64,000 bases of DNA from an uncultured beta proteobacterium (GTDB lineage Bacteria > Pseudomonadota > Gammaproteobacteria > Burkholderiales > Casimicrobiaceae), in NCBI GenBank assembly GCA_963707815.1, contig CAVPRK010000024.1, positions 57,457 to 121,456 on the forward strand, in the 5' to 3' direction. The position numbers and the translations under genes are program-made. The notes below the pieces were generated by a model, which saw nothing but the letters and a program-made list of their open reading frames with translations, searched no databases and was not told where the DNA came from. Shown piece by piece: positions 10,139 to 20,894 of this stretch. Position 1 is the first letter of the stretch, and each line of letters begins with the position of its first letter.

Positions 10139-11789
10139 TGCGCGGTCTCTTTCCACCCGCGAGGTGGCTGCGCGAGTACCGCGCCGCGTTCCTGCGCGCC
10201 GATTTCGTGTCGGGCCTCACGCTCGCGGCGTATGCGATCCCTGTTTCGCTCGCTTACGCGGCGCTGGCCGGCCTGCCGCCGGTGTACGGCGTGTACTGCT
10301 ACCTCGTCGCCGGTCCCGCGTACGCGCTGTTCGGATCGTCGCGCCAGCTTGCGATCGGGCCCACGTCGGCGATCTCGATGCTGGTGGGCACGACGGTCGC
10401 CGGCATGGCGATGGGCGACCCGGCGCGGTATTCGCAGATCGTGGCGCTGACGGCGCTCGTCTTCTCGGCAATCGCCGTGGCGGCGTGGGCGCTGCGGCTG
10501 TCCTCGCTCGTCAACTTCATCAGCGAGACCATCCTGCTCGGGTTCAAGGCCGGCGCCGCGGTCACCATCGCGATGACGCAGCTTCCGAAGCTCTTTGGCG
10601 TAAAGGGTGGCGGCGAGCACTTTTTCGAGCGCGTCGGCGTGCTCGTGTCGCAACTGCCGCGATACCAACATCGCGGTGCTCCTGTTCGGACTCGCGGCCA
10701 TCGCGTTGCTCGTGCTCGGCGAGCGCCTGTTGCCCGGCCGGCCGGTGGCGTTGGTCGTCGTGATCGCGGCCATCGTCGCGCTGTCGGTGACGCCGCTCGC
10801 GCAGCAGGGCTTCAAGACGGTCGGCGTGCTGCCGGCCGGCCTGCCCGAGCTTTCGCTGCCCTCGCTGCGGCCGAGCGACGTCGACGGCATCCTCCCGCTC
10901 GCGTTCGCGTGCTTCCTGCTCGCGTACATCGAGGGCGTGTCGCCGCGCGCAGCCTCGCACAGCGGCACGGCTATGCGATCGACCCGCGGCAGGAGCTGCT
11001 TGGCATTGGGTGCTGCAAACGCCGCGGCGGCGATCGGGCAGGGTTACCCGGTCGCGGGCGGCCTGTCGCAATCGACGGTGAACGACAAGGCCGGCGCGCG
11101 CACGCCGCTTTCGCTCGTGTTCGCGTCCGGCGCGATCGCGGTGTGCCTCCTGTTTCTCACCGATCTGTTGCGCAACCTGCCGGATGTCGTGCTGGCGGCG
11201 ATCGTGCTGGTGGCGGTGAAGGGCCTCGTCAACGTGCGCGAGCTGCGGCGAACGTGGACGTTGTCGCGCGTCGAGTTCTGGGTCGCCATGATCGCGTTCG
11301 CGGGCGTGCTGCTGCTCGGCATCCTGAAGGGCGTGCTGCTGGCGGCATTGGTATCGATGGTGCTGCTGATCCGCCGCGCCGCCGTGCCTCCGGTCGTCGC
11401 GCCTGGGCCGCCTGCCGGGCACGCATCGCTTCGCGGAGCGCGGGCGCAATCCCGACGCGCAGGACGTGCCCGGCGTCCTCATTGTCCGCGTGGAAGCGGG
11501 ACTCTTCTATTTCAATGCAGGCCATGTTCGCGACGAAGTGCAGCGGTTCGTCGCGGAAGCGGGCGAGGGCCTTCGCGTGGTGGTGTGGGACCTGTCGACC
11601 TCGCCTTACGCCGACATCGCGGGCGCGCGCATGTTGCTGGATCTCGCGCGCGAGCTCGCCGCGCGCGGCATCGAGCTGCGCATCGCGGAGGCGCACGCGA
11701 CGGTGCGCGACCTCGTGCACAAGGAAGACGATCCCGCGCTGCCGCTGCTTGCGGGCCGCGTCACGGTCGCGGAAGCCGTCGGCGTCTAA
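10138..11789 (+). CDS. SulP/SLC26 anion transporter with STAS domain (frameshifted)
   Basis: ADFVSGLTLAAYAIPVSLAYAALAGLPP, LFGSSRQLAIGPTS, GGLSQSTVNDKAGARTPL, STAS segment GLFYFNA...VVWDLSTSPYAD. Confidence 0.9.
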
Positions 11790-12619
11790 AACTTCGCCGG
11801 CACGCGCTTGTACGCGTAGTCCGGCTCCTTGTAGCCCTTCGCCTTGCCGCGCTCGGGCAGCTTGATCTTCTCGCGCGGCACGTCTTCGTACGGAATGCGC
11901 GACAGCAGGTGCGAGATGATGTTGAGGCGCGCGCGTCTTCTTGTCGTCGGAGTCGGCGACGTACCACGGCGCCCACGGCGTGTCGGTGGCCGCGAACATC
12001 GTCGTCGCGCGCGCGCGAGTAGTCGTACCAGCGGCTGTACGACTTCAGGTCCATCGGCGAGAGCTTCCAGATCTTGCGGCCGTCGTCGATGCGCGCCTTC
12101 GAGCCGGCGCGTCTGCTCCTCCTCGCTCACCTCGAGCCAGTACTTGAGCAGGATGATGCCGGACTCGACGATCGCCTTCTCGACGCAGCGGCACGACCTT
12201 CAGGAAGTCCTTCGACCTGCTCCTCCGTGCAGAAGCCCATCACGCGCTCGACGCCGGCGCGGTTGTACCAGCTGCGGTCGAAGATCACGATCTCGCCCGC
12301 CGCCGGCAGGTGCGGCAGGTAGCGCTGGATGTACATCTGCGACTTCTCGCGCTCGGTCGGCGCGGGCAGCGCGACCACGCGGAACACGCGCGGACTCACC
12401 CGCTCGGTGATGGCCTTGATGGTGCCGCCCTTGCCGGCGCCGTCGCGGCCCTCGAAGACGATGCAGACCTTGAGGCCCTTGTGCTTCACCCACTCCTGCA
12501 GCTTGACGAGCTCGACGTGCAGCTTCTTGAGCTCCTTCGTCGTAGTCCTTGCTCGGACAGCGGGCCGTCGCGCCGGTGTCCTTCGCAACTTCGTCGACTT
12601 TCGCTTTTCTCTTCGCCAT
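11786..12619 (-). CDS. ppk2: Polyphosphate kinase 2 (frameshifted)
   Basis: [70 protein letters not shown]. Confidence 0.92.
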
Positions 12620-12643
12620 GCTTGTTCCCCTCTTGGTTACCGG

Positions 12644-13514
12644 TCACGTGCCGACGGGCTGTCCTGCGCGCCGCCGCCAAACACATACGGAATGATGGTG
12701 AATCGCCGACAACACGAAATACGCGAGGACCGTCGCGACGATCGCGGGCGCCGCCTTGTTGAGCGCCACCACGAGCAGCGCGAGGCCGGCGTTGCGTGCG
12801 GCGGACGAGATCGCGGTAGACGTCCGCGTCGCGGGCTCCGGGCCTCCGAGCAGGTGTCCGGCGGCGAGCGCGAGCAGTGTCGCCAGAACGACCGCCGCGC
12901 CGACGCGTACCCCGGCGCCGATCACCGTTTGCCAGATGTCGACGAGCGCGAGCACGAGCAGCAGCAGAAGCAACGCCGCGCCGATCCGGTTGAGCCGCGG
13001 CTCGATGCGCATCGCGAGCGAAGGCCCCCATCGCCGCAACGCCATGCCGAGCCCGAGCGGCAGGAGCTGCGCCACGAACACCTGGCGCGCAAGTTCGCGC
13101 GGATCGATCATCGCATCTCCGGCGTAGTACTGATTGAGTCCCACGATCCACAGCGGCATCGACACGATCGCGGAGATGGCGAGTGCGATCTGCAATGCCG
13201 GCGCAAACGATCGATGCCCGCCGGCTCCGAGCGAGCGCCGCAGCGCGACGGGCGCGCCGGGTGCTATCGCCATGACCATCATGCCGATCTCGACGTTGCG
13301 CGGCAGGTCGAAGATGCGCGCGACGATCCAGACGATGCACGGAACGCAGATCAGCACCGAGAACAACGCCTTCAGCACGAGCGCGGGACGGTGGACGACC
13401 CAGCGGAATTCCGCCGACGACGATGGCGAGGCCGAGGTCGAACATGACGACCCACAGCGTGGCGAGGGCCACGACGGAAAGAAGCCAACCGGGAACGATG
13501 CCGTCGGGCACCAT
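12644..13514 (-). CDS. Bile acid:sodium symporter (BASS) family transporter (frameshifted)
   Basis: VMFDLGL, MAIAPGAP, QLLPLGLG, GHLLGGP..TRTSTAISSAARNAGLAL; multi-TM. Confidence 0.75.
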
Positions 13515-14919
13515 CTACGAACGATCCTTCCCGGCGATGACCGTCGAGCCGCCGAGCCCCTGCGCGTCCGCGATGCGGGCGAGCGCGCGGTCTTCGGCGA
13601 GGACAAACTTCTCGTCGATGGTCAGGTCGAGATAGCGCAGCTCGCGCAACAGCGAGGGGTGTCGGCGCTCCGGTAAAGAGACCAGGAGGTTTTCGATCAT
13701 CGCGCGCATGCGGCGCATGATCTGCATGCTGCCGCCGCCGCAGGCGCGGATCTCGTTGCACGCAATGTGCACGTAGTCTTCCCAGTTGGGCGTGCGGAAG
13801 ATGAGCCGCGGCGCACCCGTGCCGTCGGCGATCACCTCCCCGCGCAGCGCGCGCTTGCCCAGCATGCGCAGCAGGCGATGGACCTGGTCGATGGCGAGCA
13901 CGGCCGTGGTCGGATCGTTGATCGCCGGCGACAATGCCTTGAGCGCGATGTCGACCAGGATACGGAACGCGAACATGGGGTCCTGCTCGAGCGTGCGCTC
14001 GATCCCGAAAGCCACGGTCTCGCGGACGGTGTGGTCGGCGATCGTGGCCGCGCCGCCGTATAGCGCGAACAGGGGATCGTCGACCGCTACGAAGTCGCCG
14101 ACCTGCGGCAGGAACTCGATCACGCCCCCATGGCGTCGCGCGAGCGCGACCGCGAAGGGAAGGTCGACCGCAAGCACGATGCCCGCCTTGCCGACGTGCG
14201 TGACGAGCCGGGCCGGCGCGCCGAGCGTTGCGCGCAGGGGCGCCGACAGCGCCATGACATCGCCGCTCCCGATGGGATACACGTCCCGGATGACCTCCAC
14301 GCCATCGTCGCCGACGTGCGCGACGACGCTGACGGGACGCAGGAGGCGCGCCGCATAGTCGATGAGAAACAGGAAGTTGGCGATGCACGCGATGCCCAGG
14401 ATCGCGGCGACGACGGCGATGATCTGCGACACGGTTTCGCCCTGCCGGTTGAGCGCCATCACGCGCGAACACCAGCGCGAACACGAACAGCCCGACGCTG
14501 TAGCGCACGACGTTGTTGCGCAGGAGCATCGTCGCGATGATGCGCGGCGTGAGCTGCCCCCCGGCGACCTGTATCGCGACCAGCAGCGAGCCGAAGGTAA
14601 ACACGAGAAAGGACAACGCAAGCGTTATCACCGTCTGGTAGAGGCCCGTTGCACCGGCCGCTCCAATGTCGGTGAATTGCCAGCCGAGCCAGTGGTCGAC
14701 GCGGCGCAGGATGGGCACGGTCACCAGCACGAGAACGATCGCGATCAGCGGCACGGTCCACAGCGCCGATTCGAGATAGCTGTTCGTGCGATAAACGAGC
14801 TCCCAGGCGACCGTGCCCTTCACGCGGCGCGCGAGCCGGCGGCAGCGCACGCGCATGCGGGCCGCGGTTCGCCGTCGTGAACGCCTGGCGGGATTCAGCG
14901 TTGCGTCATGCGGGAGCAT
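13515..14919 (-). CDS. DUF2254-like membrane protein (frameshifted; start uncertain)
   Basis: LLVAIQVAGGQLTPR, ERTLEQDPMFAFRILVDIALKALSPAINDPTTAV. Confidence 0.8.
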
Positions 14920-15430
14920 CGGGCAGCGTCAGAGTGATGTGCCTTACGCCGCCTTCGCGCCGCGCCTGCACGGGCCAGCCCGTGCGCGCGAACACGGCAA
15001 GCATCGCCTTGTTCTCGGCGAGCACATCGGCTTCGAAGGTGCGAATGCCCTGCGCCGCCGCCACGTTGGCGAGATGGCGGACCAGCAGGCTCGCGATGCC
15101 CTGCCCGTGGTAGTCCTCCTCGACGACGAAGGCGACCTCGGCGCTGTCTGGCGGGGCGACGACGTACCGGCCGGAACCGATCACCTTTTCGTCCGCGGTC
15201 ACGACGAGGAGCACCACTTCGCGCGCGGGGTCGAACCGCATGATGCGGTCGAGTGCGGCTTCCGTGAGCTCGTTGCGGTAGCTGAAAAGACGCAGGTAGA
15301 TCGACTCGCGATCGAGCCCCCGCACTGCCGCCGCGACGCGCTCGCGATCGTCCGGGCGCAGCGCCCGGACGGTGACCGGCAAGCCGTTGCGTAGCGTCTC
15401 GCTCGCGACGTAGTCGCGCGCGTCCGCCAT
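14906..15430 (-). CDS. GNAT N-acetyltransferase resembling the GNAT domain of Pat-type protein acetyltransferases
   Basis: VTVRALRPDD, SIYLRLF, AEVAFVVEEDYHGQGIASLL, ADVLAENKAMLAVF. Confidence 0.85.
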   Translation of the reverse strand: MADARDYVASETLRNGLPVTVRALRPDDRERVAAAVRGLDRESIYLRLFSYRNELTEAALDRIMRFDPAREVVLLVVTADEKVIGSGRYVVAPPDSAEVAFVVEEDYHGQGIASLLVRHLANVAAAQGIRTFEADVLAENKAMLAVFARTGWPVQARREGGVRHITLTLPDAPA

Positions 15431-15437
15431 CGCGGGC

Positions 15438-16013
15438 CTACTTCTTCGCCGGCTCGACGGCGACCGCGAATGCCTGCGTGAACGTGGCCTCGACCTGGTC
15501 GCCCACCGCGATGTTCTTGAACTGCGCGGGATCGGCCACGCGCAGGTCCACGGTCTGGTTCGGCCCCTTGAGCGTGACGACCTGCTTGGCCGGGTCGAGC
15601 GCGACCACGTTGGCGACGACGGTCACCTGGCGGCCGACCGCACCGCCGGGCGCTTCGCCCTTCTTTGCGCCGACCGCGTCCGTCTTCTCGGTCTTCGCCA
15701 CGGTCTTGTCGCCGCCCTTCCGCAATTGCAGCGTGAGCGCCTCGACGTATTGCATGTCGACCTGGTCGCCGACCTTGAGATTGTCGAAGTTCTTCACATC
15801 GGGACCGGCCATGACCGTCATCTCCCGGCCTTGCGGGCCCTTGAGCGTGACGTCGCGCGTGGACTTGTCGATCGCGGTGATGGTCGCGGTAGCTTTGACG
15901 GTTTGCACGGCCACGCCCTTCCCGGGCGCCGTGCCGACCATTGCGCCGCCGGTTTGTGCTGCGGCGGTTCCCGCGAGCGCAACGGTGGCGACGAAACACA
16001 ACGACTTCAACAT
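15438..16013 (-). CDS. Exported hypothetical protein with two similar beta-rich repeats
   Basis: Signal peptide MLKSLCFVATVALAGTAAA. Repeated unit AID...VTLKGP...F.N..VGDQV present twice. GGAG SD. Confidence 0.75.
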   Translation of the reverse strand: MLKSLCFVATVALAGTAAAQTGGAMVGTAPGKGVAVQTVKATATITAIDKSTRDVTLKGPQGREMTVMAGPDVKNFDNLKVGDQVDMQYVEALTLQLRKGGDKTVAKTEKTDAVGAKKGEAPGGAVGRQVTVVANVVALDPAKQVVTLKGPNQTVDLRVADPAQFKNIAVGDQVEATFTQAFAVAVEPAKK

Positions 16014-16045
16014 GACTAGCTCCTTTGCTTGAGTGCGATTGGAAT

Positions 16046-16955
16046 TCACTTCGTGACCGAGACCGCCGACCAGCCTTTGCCCGGGTCGAAGCGCTGCATT
16101 GCGGTGGCTCTCTCGGTCGTCTTCGGCCCGAGGTCGGCCTCGTAAACCTTGCCGTCCTGGTTGACGATGAAGCGTCATGATGCCCGAGCTGCCGTACTTC
16201 GCCGGATACGCGACCACGCCGAAGCCGCCGATGGCGCGGCCGTGCACGACGTAGTCGAACGCGGCCATGTCCGCCGTCTGCGCCTGGCCCTTCAGCATGC
16301 GGTAGTAATAGCCGTGATAGGCGGTCGGGCCCGACTTGCTGGCCTTGTAACCCTCGCCGGACGCCTGCGACGACGAGCGGCGCCCAGCGGGCTCGGCGCC
16401 TCGCCTGCCTTCGTCGGCCAGTACAGGCCGTCGCGCTTGCCCGGGCTGCTCATGAACTTGCGCGCGTACGCCAGGACGCCGTCGCCGTCGCGGTCCGCGG
16501 ACGCGTAGTCGCGCTGCGCGTCCACAATCGCCTGCAGCACGTTGATCGCGTTGAGCTCGTTCTCGCCGATGCGTCGCGCGAGGAGCTCGGTCCTGCCTGC
16601 TGCGGTGTCGAAGCGCCAGCGCTCGCCGTTCTTCACCAGCGGGAACGCGAACGGAAAGTCGTCGTTGCCGAGCGTGAGCTTCGCGGTGTCGCCGTCGCGC
16701 GATGAGCGCGTGCTTTTCCGCGTACGCCGCCGACGAAGCGCTCGCGCCGCGGCTTTGTCGGCCACGGCGTCGCCGGATTCGATGGACTGGTCCGATGTCC
16801 CGAGCACCGCCTGGATCTGCTTCTTGTCGTGTGCCTTGACCGCTGCCACGAGCGCCGCGACCGCCTCTTCGGGAGTCGCGATACGTTTGCTCGGCCGCGA
16901 GCGCCCACGAAGGCAGCAGCGCCGACCAACAGCCAACAGGATCTTTCGCTTTCAT
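16046..16955 (-). CDS. DUF2950-family protein (frameshifted)
   Basis: TPEEAVAALVAA, RIGENELNAI, SSPGKRDGLYWP, YHGYYYRML, AYPAKYGSSGIMT; ends FDPGKGWSAVSVTK. Confidence 0.82.
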
Positions 16956-18299
16956 CGCCGTCCCCCGCCGCCACGCCCGCCGCCACCGCCGCCGCCGCCG
17001 CCGTCCGCCGCCTCCGCCGCCGCACGCGCCACCGCCGCCACCACCGCCGCGCGAGGCGCCGCCGCCGCCGTAATTGCCCGGACGACCGCGCGGAATTCAT
17101 GCTCGACGCGCCGCGGTTGCTGTAGTCGCGCGTCTGCGACGCTGTTGCGCGTGTCGAACGCCGACGACCCGCGACCGCTGTAATCGCCGCCGCGGTTGCC
17201 GCCGGCGCCGCCGTAGTCGCCGCCGCGCGCCGCCGTAATCGCCGCCGCGGTTACCGCTCGCGCCGCCGAAGTCGCCGCCGCGCCCGCCTTGCATGTCGCG
17301 GGTGGCTGCGCTGGCGCCGCGGTTGCCGGCGTCGCGCGACACTTCGCCGCGCTGGATGGCGCCCTGTCCCGCTTCGGCGCGTCCGCGGAATTGCTCGCGC
17401 GATGCGGCGTTCGACGTTCTGCCCGCGACCATACTGTTGCGCCACACCCTGGTCGCGATACGGCACGCCACCGCGGTGGTTGACGTTGTGGTTCCAGTTG
17501 CCGTTGCTGATGTTCGTGCGGTTGAAGTTGTTGTAGCGGTTCACGTTGACGTTGACGTCGCCGCGGCCCCAGTTGCAGTTGCCCCACAGCGCGCCGCCGA
17601 CGATCACGCCAGCCGTGAAGCCGAGCAGCGCGCCACCGGCGACGTAGCCGGGCGGATAGTAGTAATAGGGCGGATAGGCGGGGTACGGCCACGCGCCGTA
17701 CACGACCGTCGGGTTGTACGTCGGCACGTACACGACCTCGGGGTTGGTGGGCTCGATCTTGATGACGGTCGTGTTGTTCTCCTGCGTCGTCACGACCTTC
17801 TGCTGCTCGGAGTCCTTGAGCGCGCCCTGCGCCTGCGCCTTCTGGCGCAGCGCCTGCGCCGTGTCGAGGACCTCCTTCTGCTGCGCGAGGAACGCGTCGC
17901 CGAGCTTCTGCGTCCAGTCGAGCTTCTCGTTCATCATCGCGAGCACTTGCGGAAACACCGCGAGCGACTTGACGCGCAGGGTCCCACCGCTGCGCCTGCA
18001 GCGCATCCTCGAGCGCCTTGTCCTTGAGCGTCGGGATTGGCCTTCACCCAGCGCGCGGCCTCCACGACCTCGAGCGGGTAGGTCGAGGCCATCAGCACCT
18101 GCGCGAGCAGCGCGTCGGGATACAGCGCGATCGGCGCCAGCAGCTGGTCGAGCTCGCCCTGCGAGAACGATTTGCCGGTTGCGGCGGGGGCCGCGGCACT
18201 CGGTGGGGGCGGCGCCGGCGGAGGCGGTTGCTGTGCAGTGGCGGTCAGCGCAAGCGCCGCGCACAGTACCACTGCGATGAGTCTGCTGCTTCGACGCAT
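16952..18299 (-). CDS. DUF3300-family exported protein with Gly/Arg-rich tail (frameshifted)
   Basis: Signal peptide, ELDQLLAPIALYPDALLAQVLMASTYP, WTQKLGDAFLAQ, IEPTNPEVVYVPTYNP..VYG.W, WNHNVNHRGGVPY. Confidence 0.85.
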
Positions 18300-18346
18300 G
18301 TAACGTCCCTTTTTCTGGCAGTACGTGTCACGGCAATGGCTGACTT

Positions 18347-18358
18347 CCATTGCAATGG
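18347..18358. promoter_or_regulatory. Perfect 12-bp palindrome upstream of DUF3300
   Basis: CCATTGCAATGG, about 50 bp upstream of the start codon in an AT-richer intergenic region. Confidence 0.3.
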
Positions 18359-18428
18359 TATCGAACGAGCGCGCGCACCCACATCCAGTCCTTTACCCGG
18401 TTCAAGAGGGGAAGTTCCGCGCTACCCG

Positions 18429-20015
18429 TTATAACAGCGCCGGAACGATGTCGACGAAGACGATCTTCACGATGGTCATGCCGGGAAAGATCATCGCGTA
18501 CGCGATGTCCGGCCGCTCGGTGGGGGTGAGCTTGTTCGAGTACGCGAGGATCGCCGGGTTGCCGCACGCGCCGGACACGATGCCGGCCACCTGGTCGTAC
18601 GGCATCTTGAATACCAGGAGCCCGAGGACGAGGATCGGCAGCACCAGCGCAACCAGCACGAGCGCTCCAAGCCCGAGCATCAGGAAACCGGTCTCGGTGA
18701 CGGTGGCCGCGAACTTCGGCCCGGAGGCCATCCCGACCTGGGCGAGGAACAGCGTGAGCCCCAGGTTGCGCAGCACGAGGTTCGCCGACAGCGGAATCGT
18801 CCAGTTCATGCCGCCCGTGCGGCGCAGGTTGCCGAGGATCAGCGCGACGATCAGCACACCGGACAAGCCGACCGCGATCTTGCCGATGCCGGGGATCGGG
18901 ATCTGGATGGCGCCGATCAGGAAGCCGAGCGCCATGCCGAGGCCGATGGAGACGTAGCTGAACTCCGCGGTGCCCTTGATCGAGTCGCCGAAGAACTTGC
19001 GCAGCGCCTTGAAGTCGCTGCGGTGCGCAAGCATGCCGATGCGGTCGCCGAACTCGAGCACGAGATCGGGCCGCGGCAGCAGGTCGGCGTCGCCGCGGCG
19101 GACGTGCGCGACGATCGACGCCTTCTCGCCGGGCAGGTCGAGATCGCCGAGCGCCCGTCCCACGACCGCGGGACGCGATGCGAACATCCGGACGTAATCG
19201 AGGTCGCGGCGATCCTTGGCCATGCGGCCGGGCGCCGCCTCGCCCAACTGCTTGCGCGCCTGCTCGAGACTTTCCTTGCTGGTCGCGACCACGAGCAGCA
19301 CGTCGTCTTCCGCGAGCACGATCGTTTCGGACGCGGGCTCGTTCTGCTGCTGCCGCCGCAGGGCGGCGACGCTCACGCCCGCCGGGAGCGCTGCCGTCGT
19401 CTCGCCGAGCGTGCGCCCGAAGTGATCGGGATTGCGCAGCGCGATCTCCAGGAGCTCCATGCCGCTTCCCGTGGGCGCCTCGACCTTCGGCTTCAACACC
19501 ATGAACACGATGTACAGGAAGATGATCGGGCCCGCGACGCCGAACGGGTAGGACACGGAGTAGCCGACCGCGGGATCGTCGTTGCCGAGCGTCGCGATGG
19601 CCGCCTGCAGCGTCGGCGTGCTCGTGCCGGAGCCCGCGAACAGTCCCATCGCGTGGCCGACGTTGAGGTTCAGCATCTTCACGAACAGGATGCTCACGAG
19701 CCCTGCGAGCAGCACGCCGACGAGCGCGATGAAATTGGCTTTGCGCCCGTTGGCGCTCGTGAGGCCGAGGAAGAACTGCTTGCCGTACTGCACGCCGACT
19801 GCGTAGAGAAAGAGCGCGAGCCCGAGCGTGCCCACCATCGGCGCCGGCGCCGACTTGGGCGCGAACCAGCCGATCGCGAGCGCGACGAACAGCACCGCGC
19901 CCACCCCGAGCGAGAACCCCTTGATGTTGATCTCGCCGACGAGATAGCCGATCGCGATCGTCAGGAACAGCGCCATCAACGGCTGCTGCTCCAGAAGCGT
20001 GCGCAGGAACTCCAT
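18429..20015 (-). CDS. AspT/YidE/YbjL family transporter with TrkA-C-like central domains
   Basis: Duplicated TM halves (LGLALFLYAVGVQYG / LGLTLFLAQVGMASG; GSGTSTPTL / GACGNPAIL) around soluble RCK_C-like segments. Intact 528 aa. Confidence 0.88.
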   Translation of the reverse strand: MEFLRTLLEQQPLMALFLTIAIGYLVGEINIKGFSLGVGAVLFVALAIGWFAPKSAPAPMVGTLGLALFLYAVGVQYGKQFFLGLTSANGRKANFIALVGVLLAGLVSILFVKMLNLNVGHAMGLFAGSGTSTPTLQAAIATLGNDDPAVGYSVSYPFGVAGPIIFLYIVFMVLKPKVEAPTGSGMELLEIALRNPDHFGRTLGETTAALPAGVSVAALRRQQQNEPASETIVLAEDDVLLVVATSKESLEQARKQLGEAAPGRMAKDRRDLDYVRMFASRPAVVGRALGDLDLPGEKASIVAHVRRGDADLLPRPDLVLEFGDRIGMLAHRSDFKALRKFFGDSIKGTAEFSYVSIGLGMALGFLIGAIQIPIPGIGKIAVGLSGVLIVALILGNLRRTGGMNWTIPLSANLVLRNLGLTLFLAQVGMASGPKFAATVTETGFLMLGLGALVLVALVLPILVLGLLVFKMPYDQVAGIVSGACGNPAILAYSNKLTPTERPDIAYAMIFPGMTIVKIVFVDIVPALL

Positions 20016-20025
20016 CCTCTCCCTT

Positions 20026-20882
20026 TCAGTAGACGGTCAGGCCGCGGTTGCGGAACTGCGTGCGCACGCGCTCGGTCAGCGCGGCATCCGGCGGCTCGGA
20101 CGTTCTCGAGCGGATAGTCGAGCCCGAGCTTGTGCCACTTGTCGCGGCCCATCTGGTGGAAGCGCAGGATCTCCACGCGCTCCACGTTCGTGAGTCCCGC
20201 CACGAATTCGGCAAGCTTCTCGACGTTGTCGAGGCCGTCGGTAGGCCCGGCACCAGCACGAAGCGGATCCACATCGGGCGCCCGAGCGCCGACAGCCGGC
20301 GCGCGTACTCGAGGGTGGGCGCCAGCGGCTGGCGCGTGACTTTCTCGAAGGTCGCCGGATCGCCGCACTTGATGTCGAGGATTTGAGGTCGATGTCCTGC
20401 AAGTCGTCGTCGGTGAAGCGGTCGCCGAGCCGTCCCGACGTTTCGAGGCAGTGTGCAGTCCGAGCGCCTTGCAGCGCCGGAAGATCTGCATGACGAACTT
20501 GCGCTGCACCATCGGCTCGCCGCCCGACATCGTGATGCCGCCGCTCGCTCAGCTTCAGCACCTGCGCGTACTTGCCGATCTGGCGCATCGCCTGCGAAAC
20601 GGTCACCGGGTGGCCGTTGCGCTTGTGCCACGTATCGGGGTTGTGGCAGTACTGGCAGCGCAGCAGGCAGCCCGTCAGGAAGCCGACGAAGCGAATGCCG
20701 GGACCGTCCACCGTGCTGCCCACCTCGTACGAGTGCACGTAGCCGATGATGTCGTTGCCTCGTCCGACTTCCTCGATGTCGCCCGGATGGATCGCCATGT
20801 AATCGTGCGTGACCTTGCTCTCGGCGGCACCGTCGCGCGCGACGTGCAGCTGGTAACGGCTGCCGATCAGCGATTGGCTCAT
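20026..20882 (-). CDS. pflA: Pyruvate formate-lyase activating enzyme (frameshifted)
   Basis: [12 protein letters not shown], radical SAM motif [34 protein letters not shown]. Directly downstream of pflB. Confidence 0.92.
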
Positions 20883-20894
20883 GGCGTCACGCTC

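Noticed and set aside
16960-17290. GCC-rich tandem repeats as a CRISPR array or VNTR
   Set aside because: There is no constant repeat with unique spacers and no cas gene. The repeats encode the Gly/Arg tail of DUF3300.
18392-18405. Second FNR box (TTGAAccggGTAAA on the - strand) upstream of DUF3300
   Set aside because: Weak match to the consensus, and the spacing to the best -10 candidate does not fit a class II promoter.
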